This document shows positions 8,543-17,955 of a stretch of 40,907 bases of DNA, piece after piece (the first letter of the stretch is position 1; each line of letters begins with the position of its first letter). The notes below the pieces were generated by a model, which saw only the letters and a list, made by a program, of their open reading frames with translations, searched no databases and had not been told where the DNA came from. This stretch comes from a virus. The stretch is taken from positions 1 through 40,907 of the IMG/VR virus record IMGVR_UViG_3300045988_157868; one strand, written 5' to 3'. The position numbers and the translations under genes were made by a program.

Positions 8543-11500
8543 CTATGCGCCGTTCATGGCCATGACTTGCTGCCGGGCGTGCATCTCTGACCGGCGCAGG
8601 CCCTCCTCCACGTTGTTTGTTTCAATGTGATAGTGCACTTCCACTGGCGCAGGCGGATCCGCAGGTGGGTTCGGTGGGGTGCCCGTGGCGGCTTGGGTGA
8701 TGGCCCTAGCGTGCTGCGGATCGGCGTTGAGCATTTCCAGGAGCGGCCTGGCATGCCGCGTTGCCGCCTCACGCACCACAAATTCACCATTGGACAGCCA
8801 TGCGGGGATAAGGTCATCAGTGGGACCGCCGGGGCCTTCCACCAGTCCGCCACCCGCGTACCCGTGCCCCTGACCCCACATCGTGGTCAAATCGAAACCG
8901 TACCGGCTGCGGTAGTAGCGTAGGGCTGCCACCATATTCGAGAACGGATTCCGGCGGTCGTTGGGTAGCTCGGGGTCCCTATGGGCGGCATACGTTGCCG
9001 GAATGATCTGCAACAACCCCACACCCGCCGACTCCCCAGACCCATTCACATCCACGATCTGCTGGGCAATATTCGGGTCACCGCCGGACTCTGACTGGAT
9101 CTGCTTTATCATGGCGTTGACCTGGGCCGGGTCGTCCGCGTTGAAGCCAACCCTGCGCATGGCGGCCATGGCCATGCCACGCCACTGCTCAGCGCCGCCG
9201 CCTGGCACATACACATGGTCAATATCGCCATCGTCGGCTTTTGGCGCTTTGATCGGTGAAAGGCCGCCCACCAAGTCCAGGCCGGTGACCTCTACCGTAT
9301 CCACCTGCGGGTCGGCGTCAATCACACTCGCTGCTGCCTGGGACAGGCTGGTGATTTCTTTCTGCTTCGCGGCGGTACCCGAGCGCTTCGATACGCTCTG
9401 GCGGGCTTTCAACCACTGGCTATAGGCCTTCACCATCGGGATGTCATCAGACACACCAACCAGGCCTAACAGGTCCTTGGTGTGGCCTGCCGCCGCGGTC
9501 TTAGCGAAATCAGCAACAATCTCTGAAATACTGGATGGGCCATCTGATTTCGCCCCGGTCACATACGAATCCGGGTCAGACTTACCCGACGCCCGGAACG
9601 ACTTGAGCTTATCGCCCGACGGGTCGGTGGTCTCCACAGCACTAGCAGAAGCAGCGTCGGTGTGGCCGAAATCAATATCGCCCAAACCGCCCATGCGGGG
9701 CACCTTAATCGGGGCGAAAAACTCCGCCGGCACATGCGCATGATCCGTGTACTGGGGATGACTAGCAGGTGCCGCACTGCCACCAAATTGGCCATTGCCG
9801 CGGCCGCCACCCATCTCCACATTTGTGCCGGACGGGAGGGTGCCGGAAGTGTGGCCGCCACCCGGGCCCCCGTTATACCAGCCGATCTGCAGTGACCCAG
9901 AGGGCCCCAGGCCAGGAAGGAACCCTAAAGCGCTGAGGCCTTCTTTCTCTGATGCTGTGGTGAACCGGCCGGCCCAAGGGTCAACACCCGCCGTGTAGCG
10001 GGCAATCGCCGACATGGCACCACTACAGTCGCCCCAGTGGACGCCACCCCACACATACGGTTTGCCTTCCAGGTCGGAAGCGAAACTGTCCAAATCGTCA
10101 ATGGTGATACCACCCTCGGCGAAAGCACGCACATCCGTGGGGCCTAGACTGCCCTTCGCTACCGGGGCGAAGCCTTTGCCCTTAGCATCGACAAGGCTGT
10201 AGCCGAAGTGGTCCGCCACCGCGGCAGTAATCGCCACAGCGCGGGAGCGTCGGTAGTCATTAGCCAAAGGGATGTAGGCTTCGCCGCCGGTCTCGGGCTC
10301 TGCCCATACACGCCATTCGCCACCAGCGGCAATCTGCGGGGAATGATCTTCCCCACCAGCAGCATAACGGCGAACCGAGCCCGTGGCGTGGCGGCTAGCG
10401 CGACTGGAGAACGGGCTGCGGATAGCGCTCAGCTTATCGCTAAACCACTCCGTAACGTTCTCCCACATGTCTTTCATGCCATTCCACAGACCACTGATGA
10501 TGGTTTTGCCGGCATTAATTAACCAATCTTTGGCACCCTTGAACACGTCAAGCACTAGCTGGCGGATACCCTTAACCTTTTCCACCACAGCCTTCACACC
10601 ATTAGCAACCGCGGCAGAAGCGTTATTCCACATGGTCATGAACTGGTTCACCAGCCGCTTGCCAAAATCAACGATCAGGCTAACGGCGCGGGAAATAAAC
10701 TGCTGAAAACTGCTGACGATCTTCGTGATGAACTGGCTAGTAGCAGCAATTAGCCGGGCTTTGAAAGAATCCCAGTTCGTCACCGCCTGCACCACAAAGT
10801 TAATGATTGCGGCTAAAACCTTCACGACGGCGCCGATGAGCTCACCGATAATAGCGATCACCGGGGCAACAGCCGTAATAATTGTGGCGAATACCTGCAC
10901 CAGACCCACAATCGCCGGCATCAGAGCCCCAATGACCCCGATCAACGGAGAGATAATATCAAACGCCAACTTGGTGAACACCGGGATCAGCGGAGCCACC
11001 GCATCAAAGATCTGCTGCCACGCCGCCACCATCTGCGGAAGGAACGGCATCAACTGCCCCAAATACTGCGTCACCAAATCAGCAAGCATGCCCACCAGGT
11101 CCGAGAAAATTGGGGCCAACTGCTGAATCAGCGGGGTCAAGGCCGTAGCAGCAATTTGGATCACCGGCGCCAACGCGCCCACTACCTGGCTCAAACCCTG
11201 CGCAACCGGCACCAAGGCAGCAGTTAATAACTCACCCAACACGGGGAGAAGCGGCGCTAACGCGGCACCAATATCGCTCAGCAGCTGGCCAATCGGCCCC
11301 ATCGCCGGAGCCAAAGCAGACAACCCATCCGCGAAACCCTGCACAAACATCTGAACACCCGGCGCGGCCTGCTGGATGAAATCGCTGATGGCCGGCATGA
11401 TCGTAGTGCCGATAGAAGTGAGGGCCGTGGATAGGATAGGCATGAGGGCGGCCAGACCATCAGTCATGGAAGAGAAGAACGACCCTAAGGCTTGCTGCCC

Positions 11501-13501
11501 CTGCACGCTATTTACGAACTCGTTGACCATGGATAGCACTTGACCGAGTGGACCCAGAGAAGACTGGCCGGCGGTGGCGGCGGCCTGGAACACACCGCTG
11601 ATGATGCCGCCCACGTCGGATAGGGTTTGGCCGATACCTTTCAGGGTGTTGATGCCGTTTTGCACCCACTGGTCGAACTGGCCAGTCTGGGTTGCCTGGG
11701 TAAGGAATTCACCCAGGCGGGCACCTGCCTCACCCAGGTATTGGCCTAACTGGGGCAAATATGCGGAGCTTGCTGCGCCGATATCCACAATGGCCTGGGT
11801 GAGAGGCCCAGCCGCTTGGTTTGTGCCGGCAAACGCTTGCCGGGTGTTTTCCAGCATGGTAGCCAGTCCAGTTTGGGAAGCCTCACTGGATAGTGCTGCA
11901 ATGTTTGCGCGCAGCCCAGTGTTGATTTCGCTAGCGATCCCCGCCAGGCCGGTCTTCAGCACGGGGAGCTGCACGGTCGCCAGGTTCGTGACGTCCTCAG
12001 CCAAGCCGTCGAACAGATTGTCCTGCACCGCGAATTTCAGGTCCTGCCACTGGTCGCCCAAGGCCTGCATGGCCAGCACGAACTCTTGTGCTTTCGGGGA
12101 CAGGTTCGCTAGAGCTTCGGCAAAGGGATCGACGCCACCAGCGGCAGAAGACGCCCCCTTCGCCAGGTTTTCCAGGGCGTCATCGAGGCGTTCCTGGGCG
12201 ACCAGCACATTTTCGTTTGCCTCTAGCAGGGCGCGCTGCGCGTCGGCTTCCCCACGGGTGGCGGCCTCGACTTTTTCCTTCGCATCCTGAACCTTCTGCG
12301 AGCCCTCGATACCGGCGTCGTTCGCTGCCTGCACGTCCTTGGCTAGCTGGTTGTTTTTCTCCCGCACTTCATCGAGGTTTTTGACCGCTTTGCGGTATGC
12401 CAGGTCAGCTTCGGCGATATCCAGGCCGGAAGAATCCTTATCGGCCTGGGCGTCAATCAGGGATTGGCGGGCGCGGGCGACCGCCAGGACGGCTTCTTCT
12501 TCCCCTAGGGCCGCGTCTTCCAGTTCACCCTTGAGCTCTTTCAGGTCTTTGACGGCTTCTTTACGGGCGTCGTTGAGGGCGTCTTGGGCTTTCCGGGTGT
12601 TCTTCTGCGCGTCGGCTACCCGCCGTTCGGCGTCTTCTACCCGACGGTTGGCCTGCACTAGGCCGCGTTCGGCAGACTCCACCTGCCGCTGCAGCTGCTT
12701 CATTTTGTCCGCGGTGTCGTCGGCTGCGCCGCCGGCGGATTTCCCCATGGCAGAAAACGCTGCACCCACACCGCTGAGTCCAATCCCTAGGGTGGCCAGG
12801 CCGGCCGCGGCGGATGCGGCTATGCCAGGGAGCACACCCAGCACACCGATCACGCCGGAGGCTGCGGCTGCTACAGACGCCAGGGGGCCAATACAGCCGG
12901 CCGCGGCAACAGCAATGATACCGATGCCGGTTGCTTGGGCCCCCACCATGCCCAATGATGATGCGGCACCAGCAGCCTGCGTGGCCATGGACGCCAGGCC
13001 GGACGCGGCGCTACCCGTATCCACGTCGATTTTGGCTTTACGGTCACGGGCAGCAGCAGCGATTTTTGCTTTCGCAGCCGCGGTATCAGCATCAACCTCA
13101 ACCGTGACGTGGCGGTTCTTAGCAGCCTGGTCAATGCGCTCCTTAGCAGGGGCAGTATCAGCATCAACCTCGATAGTGACCTTTTGCGGGCGGGTGAGAT
13201 ATTCGATACCTGACTTAGCGTCTGTGGTATCTGCCTCGGCCTGGATCGTGAGCGTCTGATCCCGGCCCAGCTGGGCGATCTTCCCCTTGGCCGCAGCAGC
13301 ATCCACATCCACATCAATCTCAGCGGTAGGGAGGTTCGCCATCTCGGCGCGCAGCTGCGCCCGGAAATCACTCAAATCCGGGCGAATCTCCACACCAAAT
13401 TGGGCATTAATCCGCTCCAGCTCCGCTTTCAGGCGCTTGGAGAACCCCGAAAGATTCGGTCTGATCTCAACCTTCGCAACCCCTGCGGTGTATTCAGCCA
13501 T
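8543..13501 (-). CDS. Tape measure protein with embedded NlpC/P60-like and lytic-transglycosylase-like motifs
   Basis: 1652 aa from ATG 13501 (MAEYTAGV; G-run SD upstream). The track start 13570 would overlap the chaperone ORF. Ala/Gly-rich and hydrophobic repeats. GKPYVWGGVHWGDCSGAMSAIARY (about 10005-10080). IQSESGGDPN...GLLQIIPATY (about 8975-9095). Confidence 0.9.
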   Translation of the reverse strand: MAEYTAGVAKVEIRPNLSGFSKRLKAELERINAQFGVEIRPDLSDFRAQLRAEMANLPTAEIDVDVDAAAAKGKIAQLGRDQTLTIQAEADTTDAKSGIEYLTRPQKVTIEVDADTAPAKERIDQAAKNRHVTVEVDADTAAAKAKIAAAARDRKAKIDVDTGSAASGLASMATQAAGAASSLGMVGAQATGIGIIAVAAAGCIGPLASVAAAASGVIGVLGVLPGIAASAAAGLATLGIGLSGVGAAFSAMGKSAGGAADDTADKMKQLQRQVESAERGLVQANRRVEDAERRVADAQKNTRKAQDALNDARKEAVKDLKELKGELEDAALGEEEAVLAVARARQSLIDAQADKDSSGLDIAEADLAYRKAVKNLDEVREKNNQLAKDVQAANDAGIEGSQKVQDAKEKVEAATRGEADAQRALLEANENVLVAQERLDDALENLAKGASSAAGGVDPFAEALANLSPKAQEFVLAMQALGDQWQDLKFAVQDNLFDGLAEDVTNLATVQLPVLKTGLAGIASEINTGLRANIAALSSEASQTGLATMLENTRQAFAGTNQAAGPLTQAIVDIGAASSAYLPQLGQYLGEAGARLGEFLTQATQTGQFDQWVQNGINTLKGIGQTLSDVGGIISGVFQAAATAGQSSLGPLGQVLSMVNEFVNSVQGQQALGSFFSSMTDGLAALMPILSTALTSIGTTIMPAISDFIQQAAPGVQMFVQGFADGLSALAPAMGPIGQLLSDIGAALAPLLPVLGELLTAALVPVAQGLSQVVGALAPVIQIAATALTPLIQQLAPIFSDLVGMLADLVTQYLGQLMPFLPQMVAAWQQIFDAVAPLIPVFTKLAFDIISPLIGVIGALMPAIVGLVQVFATIITAVAPVIAIIGELIGAVVKVLAAIINFVVQAVTNWDSFKARLIAATSQFITKIVSSFQQFISRAVSLIVDFGKRLVNQFMTMWNNASAAVANGVKAVVEKVKGIRQLVLDVFKGAKDWLINAGKTIISGLWNGMKDMWENVTEWFSDKLSAIRSPFSSRASRHATGSVRRYAAGGEDHSPQIAAGGEWRVWAEPETGGEAYIPLANDYRRSRAVAITAAVADHFGYSLVDAKGKGFAPVAKGSLGPTDVRAFAEGGITIDDLDSFASDLEGKPYVWGGVHWGDCSGAMSAIARYTAGVDPWAGRFTTASEKEGLSALGFLPGLGPSGSLQIGWYNGGPGGGHTSGTLPSGTNVEMGGGRGNGQFGGSAAPASHPQYTDHAHVPAEFFAPIKVPRMGGLGDIDFGHTDAASASAVETTDPSGDKLKSFRASGKSDPDSYVTGAKSDGPSSISEIVADFAKTAAAGHTKDLLGLVGVSDDIPMVKAYSQWLKARQSVSKRSGTAAKQKEITSLSQAAASVIDADPQVDTVEVTGLDLVGGLSPIKAPKADDGDIDHVYVPGGGAEQWRGMAMAAMRRVGFNADDPAQVNAMIKQIQSESGGDPNIAQQIVDVNGSGESAGVGLLQIIPATYAAHRDPELPNDRRNPFSNMVAALRYYRSRYGFDLTTMWGQGHGYAGGGLVEGPGGPTDDLIPAWLSNGEFVVREAATRHARPLLEMLNADPQHARAITQAATGTPPNPPADPPAPVEVHYHIETNNVEEGLRRSEMHARQQVMAMNGA

Positions 13502-13523
13502 AACCAACACCCCCCCTTTTTTG

Positions 13524-14389
13524 TTAGTGGATTTCTGCTCGATCCCCAAGCAAACCCGTGAGCAGATCATTCATGTCGGCTTTCCGCTGCTGCTGCTCCA
13601 GGCGGTCAGCGGCGGTTATTGGTCGGGGCGGCGGCGGCAGCGACGTCTCCAGGCGAGCTGTGATAGCACACAAGGCCTGGGTGAGCTCAATCAGCTGCGT
13701 GAGCTTGGCCTGGGTGCCATCCCACTCCCGCAGCGACGGGGGCGCATGCGGGTTCTCTTTCCGATCCCGCAGCACCTGCTCCGCCAAATCATCATCATCA
13801 GCGAGAGCCGCCAAATAGTGCGACCCTGGCGGCAACTGTTCTAGGAGCTCAATAAACGTCGCCCAATGCCTGATGCCGCATAAAAAATCATCAAGGTCGA
13901 TACCCAAATAGTGGTGGAGGTCCCACCTAATCTCCGGCCCGTACTTGTTGATGAGGCCGGTTACATAGGGAAAGTGACCAGCTCGTCAACGATCCCCTCA
14001 CCGTAGAAATGGGCTTGGATGTCGATGAACACGCCAATGGCTACTTCCTCAGCGTCATCACCAACACTGTTCAGGGCGGCCAGGAAGCGGCGGTAGTCAT
14101 CCTTGAAAAGGAGTCGCAGCACACCGGTGGCGTTGCCGGCGCGGGCCATCTCTTCGATAGCGAGCCGATCGGTGTAGACCGGCTTTTGGATTTCAATCGG
14201 TGGGGTGAACCCATACTCCTCACCAAGCACAAACGGGTCATCGGTCACAAACGTGCGGCGGCGGTGCCCGGCGCGGTTTTGCATGGCCATGCCGCGGGCG
14301 CGGAATTTTTCAAACCGGTCCCCTGCCGGATCCGTGGCCTGGGCAGCCTGGGTCTTTTTCGTGGTACTGGTTGTGGTTTTTCTTGGCAT
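13524..14389 (-). CDS. Tail assembly chaperone, -1 frameshift-extended (G-T-like) product
   Basis: The -1 frame is open from just after a TGA at about 13990 through to 13524. Heptamer T_TTC_CCT (plus-strand agggaaa, 13967-13973) fits X_XXY_YYZ in the G frame. Confidence 0.6.
13961..14389 (-). CDS. Tail assembly chaperone (G-like)
   Basis: 142 aa, immediately upstream of the tape measure region. Ends ...DELVTFPM* with a slippery heptamer two codons before the stop. Confidence 0.75.
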   Translation of the reverse strand: MPRKTTTSTTKKTQAAQATDPAGDRFEKFRARGMAMQNRAGHRRRTFVTDDPFVLGEEYGFTPPIEIQKPVYTDRLAIEEMARAGNATGVLRLLFKDDYRRFLAALNSVGDDAEEVAIGVFIDIQAHFYGEGIVDELVTFPM

Positions 14390-14419
14390 GAGTTATTTGT
14401 CTCCATTCATAGGGGCGGT

Positions 14420-14455
14420 GAAAAAACCGCGGTAGGCGATGGTGCTTACCGCGGT
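14420..14455 (-). terminator. Rho-independent terminator between the GH-like fibre gene and the chaperone gene
   Basis: On the minus strand, ACCGCGGTA ... TACCGCGGT (9-bp stem, 12-nt loop) is followed by TTTTTT. Confidence 0.65.
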
Positions 14456-14478
14456 GATTGATGGGGGTATTCGGCGGG

Positions 14479-15777
14479 CTAGAGTAGGGAGCCCATCTTT
14501 GAATAGGGGGTGACCTGCACCCGAGGGGCGTTGGTAAGGGACGTGAGTACCTGGCCTACAGATGTGGGGGTTGCCGACCACAAGCCCAGTGCGGTGCGGA
14601 TCCGCCCCGGCCACTGCCTATCCAACGCGGCAGACAATGCTACGGCTTTCGACTCGTCACCGGTTGTGTAGTAGGCCCACACCTGAAGCTCGTCAGCAAC
14701 CCGCAGCAGCTTGGAATAGTCATGGCCACTGCCCAGGTCACCGGCTACCGGGGTGGCCCAGTTCGCGCGCACGTCCATGATGAGGGGGATTCCCCCAGTC
14801 AGGCTACGGCAGTGGCCGATGAAATCGGCCATCTTCGTGGTCAGCCACTCCTGGTATTCCTTGCTCTCATGCGGGGTGCCATCACCCCGGCGCGGCCAGT
14901 CGGTTGCGCCAGTATCACTCTTGTATAGGGTGAGGTCATGGGCGGAGAACGAGCCGGAATCCCAAAACAGTTCGGTGATGATGATGCCGTCAATCAGGTC
15001 CCCGTACTCGGCGGCAACCTGGGCAACGGCACCACCGAGCATGTCCCGAATAGGGCCGGGGTTGGTGAGTGCTGCGGGTGATGGCATGTCCCGGATAGTG
15101 CCGTCCCGGGAAACAGCCTTCCACTCGGGATGGTTCCCCAGCGTGGTGGTAATCATCATGTCCAGAGTGAGGAAAACATTCTCGATCCCAGCAGCCCGGA
15201 GGGCGGTGATGGTGTCCCGGATGGGGTTTTTCCCAGCGTCGATAGACACCCGCTCTGGGTGGGCCGGCCACGGGAAGAGTGTCCATTCGGGTCGGCCCAC
15301 AGCCAGGTCAATGGTGTTGTACCCCTTGGCTATGGCTTTCTGGGCGATAGTCGCCCAGTCGCGGTCGGCCGCGTTCGAGGTGTCTTCCCACCCAACACCA
15401 ATGGCGCGGGTTTTCACCCCTGCGCGGTCCATGAGTCGCCCGAGCAGGCCGGACTGCTGTACCTGCTCCCGCACAGTGCTGGCGGGTTTGGTTTCCAGTG
15501 CGGTGAGTCGCTTAGTGATCGGCCCAAGATCAACTGGGGGCTGGGCCTTGAGGGCGTCGGCTACCGCGGTTTTGATGGCCTGCGGGTCTACCTGCGCGGG
15601 CTGGTCTTTCAGCCTTTCCAGGCTAGTAACCCGGGTTTTCAGGCTTTCACTAGCGACAGTCGCAGCATCGGCGGTGACATGAGCCGATTCGATGCCCTGC
15701 TCGATGCGATCTAGGCGTTCCGCCGACAGGGGAGTTGCGGGGTCGTCGTTATGCCAGATGTTACGGGCATACGCCAT
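14479..15777 (-). CDS. Fibre-like protein with C-terminal glycoside-hydrolase-like (TIM-barrel-like) domain; candidate depolymerase
   Basis: 432 aa. N-terminus NIWHNDDPATPLSAERLDRIEQGI is a common fibre or hyaluronidase-type N-terminal motif. A coiled segment follows, then alternating beta/alpha pattern (YNTIDLAVGRPEW...ENVFLTLDMM...IDGIIITELFWD...IPLIMDVRANW...LQVWAYY). Confidence 0.55.
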   Translation of the reverse strand: MAYARNIWHNDDPATPLSAERLDRIEQGIESAHVTADAATVASESLKTRVTSLERLKDQPAQVDPQAIKTAVADALKAQPPVDLGPITKRLTALETKPASTVREQVQQSGLLGRLMDRAGVKTRAIGVGWEDTSNAADRDWATIAQKAIAKGYNTIDLAVGRPEWTLFPWPAHPERVSIDAGKNPIRDTITALRAAGIENVFLTLDMMITTTLGNHPEWKAVSRDGTIRDMPSPAALTNPGPIRDMLGGAVAQVAAEYGDLIDGIIITELFWDSGSFSAHDLTLYKSDTGATDWPRRGDGTPHESKEYQEWLTTKMADFIGHCRSLTGGIPLIMDVRANWATPVAGDLGSGHDYSKLLRVADELQVWAYYTTGDESKAVALSAALDRQWPGRIRTALGLWSATPTSVGQVLTSLTNAPRVQVTPYSKMGSLL

Positions 15778-15821
15778 GGTTCGGTTCCTCCTTACAGTTT
15801 TATGGGGCGGCAGTTGGTAGG

Positions 15822-15860
15822 AGCCCTCGACCAGGTAAGGTGTTGTTACCGGCGAGGGCT
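15822..15860 (-). terminator. Hairpin at the 3' end of the major tail gene
   Basis: AGCCCTCG...CGAGGGCT outer stem with inner GGTAA/TTACC pairing. No T-tract. Overlaps the stop codon. Confidence 0.35.
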
Positions 15861-16797
15861 AGGAGGGGTCCTTAGTGACCTCCACCGATTTCGGGAAACC
15901 ACCACCCGCCAAACCAGTGGCAGCAACCGTTGGGGCGGCGGATACCTTAGCGATCACGAAACCAGCATCCACCGTGCCGGTAACCTCAGCCTCGTTTTCA
16001 CCCAAAGCACGAATCGCCGCCTGCACCGCTGCGGCGTCAGCGTTATAAGTGATGGTGGCGGTGGTTTTCCCACCAATGGTGATGGTGTACGTGCCAGACG
16101 TGGCACCCTTGACGGAGAACTTGTATTTGGCGTCGGATAGTTTGTGGGCGCCGGTGATACCCATGAGCTTTGCTAGCTCTGGGGTGAAGCCAGGGCCGCA
16201 CAAGCCGAAACCATACAGGGCACCGTATTTTTCATCATCCTGCGCGCCCAGAGTAATCGGATACTTAATGACGTCCGTTTCGGAGAAAGACTGCTTACCC
16301 TTCTTCTCAATCGTCATCTTGGGAAAAACGAAATAGGGGTAGATTTCATGCCCCGGATCACCATCTTTAGCGACCAGGATGCTGGAATATTCCCGCACCC
16401 GGGCAGCCCGGCGCTTCTTAGCGAAATAGCCGGTGCCCTCATCATACTGGGCCTCCATCAAATCGTAGAATGCCTCCAGGGTTCGCAAGCGAGATTCCTG
16501 GGCGGTGACATCAACCGTGAACGTTTCTTCCGTTACGAATGTGCGGCGGCGGCCGGGGCTACCGTAACCTTCAGGGCCTTCAACTTTAGAGTCGGGGGCC
16601 AGGTCAACGCCGGCTTTTTTCTCACCCTCACCGATAGAAAACCAGCCTTCCGGCAACTCCAACAGGTTTCCGTTGCTGTCGGTGATGCGATCTGGGATTT
16701 CAATCCCATAGGGGCACATCAAAAGCAGGTAGTCCAGGGGCGCGAATAATAGGTCGCTCTGTTTGTCTTTTAGCTTGTAGAAATCCGTGGTGGTCAC
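15859..16797 (-). CDS. Major tail protein
   Basis: 312 aa from GTG 16797 (VTTTDFYKL), preceded by AAGGAG. Position between head-tail connectors and chaperones. C-terminal Ig-like-looking extension (KFSVKGATSGTYTITIGGKTTATITYN). Confidence 0.7.
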   Translation of the reverse strand: MTTTDFYKLKDKQSDLLFAPLDYLLLMCPYGIEIPDRITDSNGNLLELPEGWFSIGEGEKKAGVDLAPDSKVEGPEGYGSPGRRRTFVTEETFTVDVTAQESRLRTLEAFYDLMEAQYDEGTGYFAKKRRAARVREYSSILVAKDGDPGHEIYPYFVFPKMTIEKKGKQSFSETDVIKYPITLGAQDDEKYGALYGFGLCGPGFTPELAKLMGITGAHKLSDAKYKFSVKGATSGTYTITIGGKTTATITYNADAAAVQAAIRALGENEAEVTGTVDAGFVIAKVSAAPTVAATGLAGGGFPKSVEVTKDPS

Positions 16798-16867
16798 GGC
16801 TATCTCCTTTCCCCGCACGTTGCGGGCATTAAAAAAGCCCCCAGGAAAGCCCGGAGGCAAGGGGTTG

Positions 16868-17314
16868 TTATGTGTGTTTTCGGGGCCTGCGGATAGTGAT
16901 CTCGTAAAGTGCGTTCACATACCGGTGGTCGGGGTTGATCCAGGGGGGCATGACTGATCCCACCCGCTCGGTGATACTCACGATACGGACCGGTACTTGC
17001 GGGTGGGTGGGGAATGCATCTAGCATCCACGCCCTCAAATAGTTGTTGATTTTTTGGGCGTCGGCGCGGGTTTCGGCTAGCACCCCAATCTCCACAAGGG
17101 GGACATCTACTTGATTGTTGAAGTCAGCAGCACCGGTGGTACGCTGCACCACAATTAGTGGGGATTGCTGGATCTGGGTTTCGTAGTCGTCGGGGACCCA
17201 TGTACCCACCCACGGCTGGGGCACCATCTGCTGGGCCACACCGTCGAGGGCGTCTACGATGAGTTGTTCCACATCCGGCCACGGCGCCAGGTCATCAGGA
17301 ATGGTAATGGTCAT
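16868..17314 (-). CDS. Tail terminator / tail completion protein (position-based)
   Basis: 148-aa ORF directly upstream of the major tail gene. Overlapping stop/start with the preceding gene. Confidence 0.5.
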   Translation of the reverse strand: MTITIPDDLAPWPDVEQLIVDALDGVAQQMVPQPWVGTWVPDDYETQIQQSPLIVVQRTTGAADFNNQVDVPLVEIGVLAETRADAQKINNYLRAWMLDAFPTHPQVPVRIVSITERVGSVMPPWINPDHRYVNALYEITIRRPRKHT

Positions 17315-17640
17315 AGTCGCACCGCCTTAATTGTTTTGTGTAGCATCGCCCGGGGCGCAGCTGCTTTGCGCCCGTGGCGGGATTTGATCTTGTGCCCGAA
17401 CTCCACCGGCACCCCATAGGGGGCGTCTATCGAGACCGTGGCCACCAAGCGCTTGCGGGCTTTACTCGTGTAGGGGCGGGCTACTTCTACGTCGACCGTG
17501 CCGGAGGATGCTAGCCGGCCGGTGTCCCGGGGCGCCACCGTAGCGTAGATGGCCTGCGCTAAATAGCCGGCACGGTACAGGAGCTCTTCCACCTCAGGGC
17601 CTTCCAGATACCCTTTCATGATCCGGGGTGAAAACTTCAT
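17311..17640 (-). CDS. HK97 gp10-like head-tail joining protein
   Basis: 109 aa. Motif PRDTGRLASS, and position within the connector block. Confidence 0.55.
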   Translation of the reverse strand: MKFSPRIMKGYLEGPEVEELLYRAGYLAQAIYATVAPRDTGRLASSGTVDVEVARPYTSKARKRLVATVSIDAPYGVPVEFGHKIKSRHGRKAAAPRAMLHKTIKAVRL

Positions 17641-17642
17641 GA

Positions 17643-17951
17643 CTATCGCACCTCCTCACAGATCACCGCGGTCCCCACAATGATGCCCTCCCTGCGGGGA
17701 TGCTCCCACAACTGCGCCTCAATGACCTTCAGTTTTCTTCCGAAACCCTCGATGACGTCACCGGTGCGAATATCCGGGGCCTGGCGTTTGATATACACCG
17801 TTGGCCAGGTAGACACCACCATTTTGCGGTCTGTATCGACCGTGGCCTGAGCCCAGGCGATTCTCGCCCCAGGGATCGTGAGAACCGGCACCGGGGCAGT
17901 CAAGTCACCAAACCTATCCCGGCTGCGGCGGAGCACTCGGATCGTGGCCAT
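17643..17951 (-). CDS. Head closure / head-tail adaptor protein
   Basis: 102 aa from ATG 17951 (MATIRVLRR). The longer track ORF overlaps the upstream gene. Call is by position in the connector block. Confidence 0.5.
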   Translation of the reverse strand: MATIRVLRRSRDRFGDLTAPVPVLTIPGARIAWAQATVDTDRKMVVSTWPTVYIKRQAPDIRTGDVIEGFGRKLKVIEAQLWEHPRREGIIVGTAVICEEVR

Positions 17952-17955
17952 AGCA

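Noticed and set aside
13502-13570. N-terminal extensions of track ORFs: tape measure 13570, major tail 16860, portal 23949, minor tail 7677, 18116, 33443, 35639 and others.
   Set aside because: Internal starts with good SD sequences remove overlaps with upstream genes and give typical N-termini. The extensions run through upstream coding or intergenic elements.
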